The notes under the pieces: generated by a model
What the model was told of the DNA's origin: nothing
Databases searched by the model: none
What the model saw: the letters and a program-made list of their open reading frames with translations, nothing else
In this document: positions 57,261 to 64,000 of the stretch, in pieces
How the letters are laid out: each line of letters begins with the position of its first letter
Position numbering within the stretch: the stretch's first letter is position 1
From: Eledone cirrhosa
Taxonomy: Eukaryota
NCBI GenBank assembly: GCA_964016885.1
Contig: OZ024752.1
Span: 186,001 to 250,000 of the forward strand
Direction: 5' to 3'
Length of the DNA stretch: 64,000 bases
Translations under genes and position numbers: made by a program

Positions 57261-57524
57261 TGTGCGTGTGCGTGTGCGTGTGCGTGTGCGTGTGTGTGTG
57301 TGTGCGTGGATTTATGTACGTATGTATGTACGTACCTATTTATCTCTGTTAGAGTACCTGAAATGTGGACATTCTTATTTCATACAGAAATGACTTCTAT
57401 AAGGATAGATCTGTTTCATTCGTATGAAATCATCATACACACACACACACACACACACACACATCTATCTTTCTCTCTATATATAATATATATTATATAT
57501 ATTATATATATATATATATATATA

Positions 57525-58395
57525 GGAGGGCCAATTAAAAAGTAATGCCTTTTGTTTTATTGCAAGAAAAATAAAGAACAAAACCAAATGTATCATACAT
57601 CAAAATGAAGCTGTACATCAGAGGATCACATTCCTACTTCTCAACATAGTCAGCACCTCTTCTGATAGCAACATTCCACCTTGAGGGCCTGTAACCCACC
57701 TTCGTAAAACTGTGCTGGCTGCTCATGAAGCTAATTCTTTACAGCAGTTTTCACTTCCTCATCATTTCCATAGTGGTGGCCACTCAAGGCTTCTTTCATG
57801 GGACCGAAGAGGTCGTAGTTTGATAGTGCCAAACCAGGTGGGTATCGAGGGTGCAACAGCGTTGTCCACCCGAATGAGGTGATTTTCTCCTTTGTCCTGA
57901 TGCTTGTGTGAGGTCTGGCTTTGTCATGTTGGAGAGGAACTTTATTTGTCTCCAAGTCAGGTTTTAATTGTTGAATACTTGCTTTTAGTCTTTTTAGTGT
58001 TTCACTATATGCTTCAGAGTTAATTATTTCTCCTCTTGGCAAGAAATCAATAAGAATCACTTCTTGAGTATCTCAAAAGACAGTCGCCATGATTTTTTCC
58101 GGCTGACTTTTGTGCCGTGAATTTGGGGTTTTTGGAGACGTCATTCCATCGACTGGCTTTTTGACTCGGGTTCACCTTTATAAACATTTCTTAGTCTCTT
58201 GTGAAGGAGTATCTCCTTCAGCAATACGGAATTCAATTACTGTTCTTTGCTTCTGACGGATTTCCAAGGAAGCAACCATTTTGAAATCAACTCAACCATT
58301 CATATAAATCCGTAATAAAAAATTAGGTATTTTAGTTTGAAGATATGTGCCTTTATCTTGAAAAATGAGCCTGCTATGATAAAAAAAAGGCATTA
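57525..58395 (-). mobile_element. Decayed mariner (DD34D) transposon
   Basis: ORF 57731-58060 has ILIDFL, LQHDKARPH and HPRYPPGLALSNYDLFGPMK (HDNARPH / HPPYSPDLAPSDY). TIR TA|ggagggccaattaaaaagtaatgcc; the other TIR is partial (aaaaggcatta). Confidence 0.85.
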
Positions 58396-58396
58396 G

Positions 58397-58467
<71 letters not shown>

Positions 58468-58504
58468 TGTGCGTGTGCGTGTGCGCGTTTCATCAGGAAT
58501 TCTA

Positions 58505-58549
58505 TTCCTGATGATCTCATACGAATGAAACAGTTCTAGTACCGTAGAA
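58505..58549 (+). ncRNA. Hammerhead candidate (inverted partner at 57395-57435)
   Basis: ttc-CUGAUGA-tctcatacgaat-GAAA-cagt/tctagt/accg-UA-gaa. Confidence 0.5.
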
Positions 58550-59325
58550 GCAATTTCTATATTAAAAAAGTTGTTTCTACTGTTGGCACAAGGCCAGCAA
58601 TTATACCAGTACATTACTGGTACTTTATTTTATCGACCCCGAAAGGATAAAAGGCAAATTTAACCTCGGCGGGATTACACACACACACACACACATATAT
58701 ATATATCAACTTTCGTCAAATCGGACCGAGGAAACAATGTTTCCGTTGGTCTTTCCAATTGCTAATACTATCTATCGGTCGCAACTCCAGGTAGAAGGAG
58801 CCGCGTGAAATAAAGTGTCTTTCTCAAGGAAATAACGCATTGCCCGGTCCAAGAATCGAACTCACAACCTCACGATTGCGAATCCAATTCCCTTACCACT
58901 CAGCCATGTATGTATATATACATACATACATATACACACATACATATATATATACAGATGAAAATTTCATATACACAATTGAAAACATTCAAATGTAATT
59001 AAGACGTGAAACCTATTTGAGATTCCATCTCGATTTATTATAGTTCTCTTTATCTCTTTCTTATATCATATATCAGTTTTCTTTGCTCGTGTAGACAGAA
59101 TTTATTTATTCATCTATTTATTTATTTGTTTTAATCCTGCACTATCTCTATATTTCTTTCTCATTTTATGATGTTATTCTTTTAATTAAAGTATGTTGAA
59201 TAGAGTGATGTAGAGTTTCTTTTACTCTTTTGTCTTTAAACAACAACTTATTCTTTTATTAACTGTATTTCTTTTTACAATTCTCCGTCTCTTCTGAAAC
59301 ATACCACCGTCAGATATTACACAGA

Positions 59326-59452
59326 TCTCTCTATAATAATTATAAAGAAAAATCAGATAGGAGGTGGAAGGAAACTGGAATATGTTTTAATCATTGAAGT
59401 AATTTATTAAAGTTATTTATGAAGCCGGTCAATGCCGGTTAGTTGCTGCTAG
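59326..59452 (+). mobile_element. 127-bp mini-Helitron
   Basis: A|TCTCTCTATAATAAT ... gccggtcaatgccggt-tagttgctgCTAG|T. Confidence 0.6.
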
Positions 59453-60086
59453 TTAACGATAAAACGTAATTTTTATGTTGTTATTTAAGATTTTTGCAAT
59501 AAATTTAATTTCTTTATTTGATTTGATAATATAACTCAAAATTTTGAACGATGTAAATAATAATAATAATGAATACTAATACTAATAAAGCTGACTGCTA
59601 GCTGTCGATAAATCAACGTAATGTAAACAATGGAAGTTTAAAAGGTTGTCGTATATTTTCATAAACTTGAATCAAGGATATATTCTTATTTAATATTTCA
59701 CACTTTATTCATGTTTTTTTTTCTATAAAAACAGTAGTTGGCCAAATGGATAGGATAGTGGATGTTTATTTGAGAGGTTGGTGGTTCATATAATGTCAAC
59801 AACACCATGATGTGACCTTGGTTAAGGCATTTAAACCTCAAATGGCTTACTCTATCTGCAAAATTGGTAAGCACTTAAGTGAATCAATGAAGGAGACGTT
59901 ACTGGGTTGCTCAAACTTCTAGAAATGATAGCGAAGTCTCCCCAAACCACATCCAGCTGTTTCTTTTATAAAATATCCAAAGAAGTACATAAAAAGAACA
60001 AGACGGGATGATCATAGCTTGAATAACTTTGATCCTAAGTCTGTTTCAGTTGAGCTGAGCTGGACAGTTATTATTTTAACGTGCAG

Positions 60087-60126
60087 TTGACTCCTGCTTG
60101 TGTAGTTGTAAATCTAATTTTGAGCA
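60087..60126 (+). other. Candidate 40-nt micro-exon (copy 2)
   Basis: gtgcag|...|gtaagt; paralog of 35991-36030. Confidence 0.35.
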
Positions 60127-60549
60127 GTAAGTTTTCATTTTGTTTCAAATACAATACATATGCTTACATGGTGATTCATGGTTAAAAGTCCTAAAATACT
60201 AAAAAAAAAAATGTTCAAAATAACTATTACATATGCTTCTCTGACTCAGAGAATATTAAAGATATGTGCAATTCTAAAAATGTCTTTAATATAAACCCTT
60301 GAGCTAGGGTTGAACAACGTGTTGAATTCAATATCTAACGTAGGCCTACAGAAATCAATGGAAAACTACACCAGTGAAGTCCAGTAGTACGTCACGTGAT
60401 TATGGAACCCTTTGATGATAATGGGGTTTCATTTAAATGCTTTAAACTGTCAGTCGTACACCGTAGTAGGTGGCGAATTGAAACCGCGATCTCATGAATA
60501 CAAGCCGAACTTTCGGCTGTATCTGTACCATTATCTGTATCTGTATATG

Positions 60550-61070
60550 TGAAGGCATGTGACTTAGTGCTCAGGGGGTTCGGTTTACGAACAAGAGACG
60601 TGTCCTTGAGCAAGACATTATTTCACATTGCTACAGGCCACTCTGTTAGGAGAAACAAAATGAGTTATACTCGTAATTCCACTGGTCTCCTTTGTCACAC
60701 ACCGTATCTTGCTGACGGTCCCTGTGAATTACGTTAAAGGAACACGTCTCTGTGGAATTCTCAGCCATTTACATGTCAATTTCATGTCAGAACCGACAGA
60801 TGTCCTACACCTACGCACATTATCTACCAACCCATGCTCTATGATTGAAATTAGGTGGACGGAAACTGTTTGGAAGCCCGTCTGTAACTGTAATTTAAAT
60901 TGTCAACTTTGCTATACACTATGTCACGCTGAATCTCCCTGAGAATTATGGTAAGATCACCGGTGTATGTGGAATGCTCAACTACATGTATGTTAATTTC
61001 ACAAGCAGAGGGTTCCTATGTTGAAAGACACCTAGAACAACCATCGTTGAAACCGACGGATGTCCAACAT
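60550..61070 (+). mobile_element. Nested/tandem CORE-like SINEs
   Basis: tgtccttgagcaagacatta plus two tail copies. Confidence 0.65.
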
Positions 61071-61365
61071 GACACAAAACTGTGTATTTACCAGTTCAAT
61101 TGAACAGTTAATACGTGTATACATTTAAATAACAGAGTGTGTTTTGGTGTAGAAGTACAAAACCAAGGTAGAAAAATCAATAAAAGTTGAGCGCATGGTA
61201 GATTCGATTGCCACTAGATCCACGTATCGTATTGACTTTCTTGTTCTTTTAGTTCATCTATCCCAAAACAACACTGTTTACAAAATGTAAACACATTTGT
61301 GTGCATGTACTTAAAGGCTAACGTCTAATGTTGCACCGTGTCAATTATGTAAGAGTGCGCAGGCA

Positions 61366-61416
<51 letters not shown>

Positions 61417-61436
61417 CTATATACATATATATATAT

Positions 61437-61481
<45 letters not shown>

Positions 61482-61518
61482 AAAGAATAGAGGTGTAACA
61501 CACGAGTTATGATATATT

Positions 61519-61797
61519 GGTAAAAGGAAAAGAAAATGCTGACAAATTGTTCCCAGTGAAAAATAGTTTAATTAGGAATAAGTAAAAATTAGTAATAGTA
61601 TTGGTTAGTATTCAGATTAGAGCAAACATCACGGGCGCTCTATCTCAAAATTATTTTTGAAAAGCATTAGAAATGTGCAACCGGTAAAACTTAAAACCAG
61701 GACTGAATACTAACCAATACTATTACTAATTTTTACTTATTCCTAATTAAACTATTTTTCACTGGGAACAATTTGTCAGCATTTTCTTTTCCTTTTA

Positions 61798-61799
<2 letters not shown>
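61519..61799. mobile_element. Fold-back element, 97-bp perfect arms, degenerate U3-A8 hammerhead in the spacer (61654-61689)
   Basis: 61519-61615 is the reverse complement of 61703-61799; ttt-UUGAAAA-gcatt/aga/aatgt-GCAA-ccgg-UA-aaa. Confidence 0.85.
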
Positions 61800-61871
<72 letters not shown>

Positions 61872-61874
61872 CAC

Positions 61875-61905
<31 letters not shown>

Positions 61906-61912
61906 CATACAC

Positions 61913-61943
<31 letters not shown>

Positions 61944-61946
61944 CAT

Positions 61947-61980
<34 letters not shown>

Positions 61981-61986
<6 letters not shown>

Positions 61987-62054
61987 ATATTAAATAAATG
62001 GAAACTATATTCATAAAATCATAAATATAGTTTCCATTTATTTAATATCATTGT
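61981..62054. repeat. Palindrome, 31-bp arms
   Basis: 61981-62011 is the reverse complement of 62024-62054. Confidence 0.9.
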
Positions 62055-62143
62055 GTATTATACTCCAGAAAACTTGTCGAGTGCTTCAAATCAGTTATAA
62101 AGATATATATTTGTTGAATTACCAACAAATTAAATATCCCTTT

Positions 62144-62187
<44 letters not shown>

Positions 62188-62225
62188 AGGAAGTTATAGT
62201 TCACTTGAAGCATTGTGTAATGAGG

Positions 62226-62455
62226 TATAAACGTTTGTATTTGTAAAGCCAAAACAATGCAGGTATGGATATAGAATATAAATGCAAATGCAAAAGATAT
62301 TGTTGACAATTAGTCTTTTACCTTAAATTTATTTAAATATATTAAGGATATTTAAATAAATTTAAGATAAAAGACTAATTGTCAACAATATCTTTTGCAT
62401 TTGCATTTGTATTCTATATCCATACCTGCATTGTTTTGGCTTTACAAATACAAAC

Positions 62456-62462
<7 letters not shown>
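62226..62462. repeat. Palindrome, 115-bp arms, 7-nt spacer
   Basis: 62226-62340 is the reverse complement of 62348-62462 with ~2 mismatches; TA-flanked. Confidence 0.92.
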
Positions 62463-62501
<39 letters not shown>

Positions 62502-63289
62502 TCGTAATTTGAGTATGTGTGAAAGGAAAGAAGCACAGCTAGGCATTACAGGTATTAGCCAGAAGAGGAGGAGGAGAAGAAGAAGAAGAATTCTATTTCT
62601 TGACTGGTACTTTATTTATCGACCCCGAAATGCAAGTCGACTGTCCGACCGTGGCAGAATTTGAACTGAGACAGTAGAAAGCTAGAACAAACACCGCAAA
62701 TCAGTCTAACTTTGTGTATGTATATGTATATATATGTATATATATATGTACATGTATGTATATATATATATATATGTATATGTATATATATGTATATATA
62801 TGTATATGTATATATATATATGTATTTATATGTATATATATATGTATATGTGTGTATATGTATATGTATGTATATGTATATATATGTATATGTATGTATA
62901 TGTATATGTATTTATATGTATATATATGTATATGTATGTATATGTATATATATGTATACGTATATGTATGTATATGTATGTATATGTATATATATGTATG
63001 TATATGTATGTATAAGTATATATATGTATGTATATGTTTACCACCAACTGTCACCCCCCCCCCCCCCCCCCTATTCTCAACAACAGTTACACAACATTTA
63101 CTCAATTAATATGATTATTTCTGCATATTTTCCACATCACACGATTATTGTATTTGCACCGATTACGATATTATTGTATTATTTTACACCTAGCTGAGGC
63201 TAATTTCACTGATGTTTGTCGACGTTTATCAATTTGTACTGCTTACAAAGCTGTACTTGAGATGGTGCTGTTGTTATCGTTGTCGTCGC

Positions 63290-63681
63290 AGGTTCGAGGG
63301 TTAGGTCATTTGGGACATCCAAGTTTTTATTTAGCTCGGAGATCAGAGAGTCACTACAGGTAGAGCAGCTACCTCTCTGAATTGAGAGATCACAGCTCCG
63401 ATACTACGGGCATGTGGTTAGAATGTCTCGGGAAAGAATCGCTGGACAGATTTTACGTGCAAAACCAACCGGCAAGAGACCGGGTAGATCCCGAGCAAGA
63501 TGGTTGGATGCCGAGTGCTGTATGGTTGGAATGAAAATCAGTGTTGTGAAAAGTGAGACACTCGTCCTCTCAAGGAAGCCTGCGCAGTGTCCACGCTACA
63601 TGTGAATGGAGTTCCACTGAAGCAGATAGAGAAGTTTAAGTATCACGGGGTCGTGTTCACGAGTGATAGAAGGCAAGAGGC

Positions 63682-63685
<4 letters not shown>
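63290..63685 (+). pseudogene. Scrambled RTE/Rex3-like LINE fragments
   Basis: IERSQLRYYGHVVRMSRERIAGQILRAKPTGKRPG..RWLD followed by the normally upstream GMKISVVKSETLVLSRK..KQIEKFK..GVVFTSD. Confidence 0.7.
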
Positions 63686-63763
<78 letters not shown>

Positions 63764-64000
63764 AAAAATGGCGTGCTGCGTTGTTGCGAATATGAACATA
63801 TGAATGAAAATAGACCGAGAAACAGGAAAAGTCCATCATCAGTAGTCTGCTGATTATCATTGGTATTTCTTCGCATTAAAAACTAGATACCTAAAATCAG
63901 TGCGAGCGATAACTAAATTAAGTTATCGGGACAGAGGAAAGTGGACAAACAACATGGTAGTAATGTAACGTAAAGAGAGGAAAAGAGAGACAAGTCAATG

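Overview
Repeat-saturated, AT-rich animal genomic DNA. The SINE families and microsatellite load look like Octopus/cephalopod, which is an inference from memory and not verified. No confident host protein-coding gene is present, and almost all listed ORFs are microsatellite translations. Recognisable content: a young 5'-truncated CR1/L2-group LINE ORF2 (1.6-3.5 kb); fragments of CR1-, RTE-, Tx1/L1- and R4/Dong-like LINEs; a decayed mariner; hAT, piggyBac and Tigger-like MITEs; three non-autonomous Helitrons; about 30 tRNA-derived SINE copies; and large micro/minisatellites. The main signal is a set of short non-coding islands sitting in (TA)n tracts. Many are long near-perfect fold-back palindromes, and about a dozen carry type I hammerhead ribozyme motifs. 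These include canonical CUGAnGA cores, a recurrent U3-A8 core (UUGAnAA), recurrent pyrimidine mismatches at 10.1-11.1, and one large 94-nt version. This fits non-autonomous Penelope-like/retrozyme elements that target (TA)n and are copied with fold-back inversions. There is also evidence of old 24-36 kb tandem duplication carrying candidate 40-nt micro-exons.
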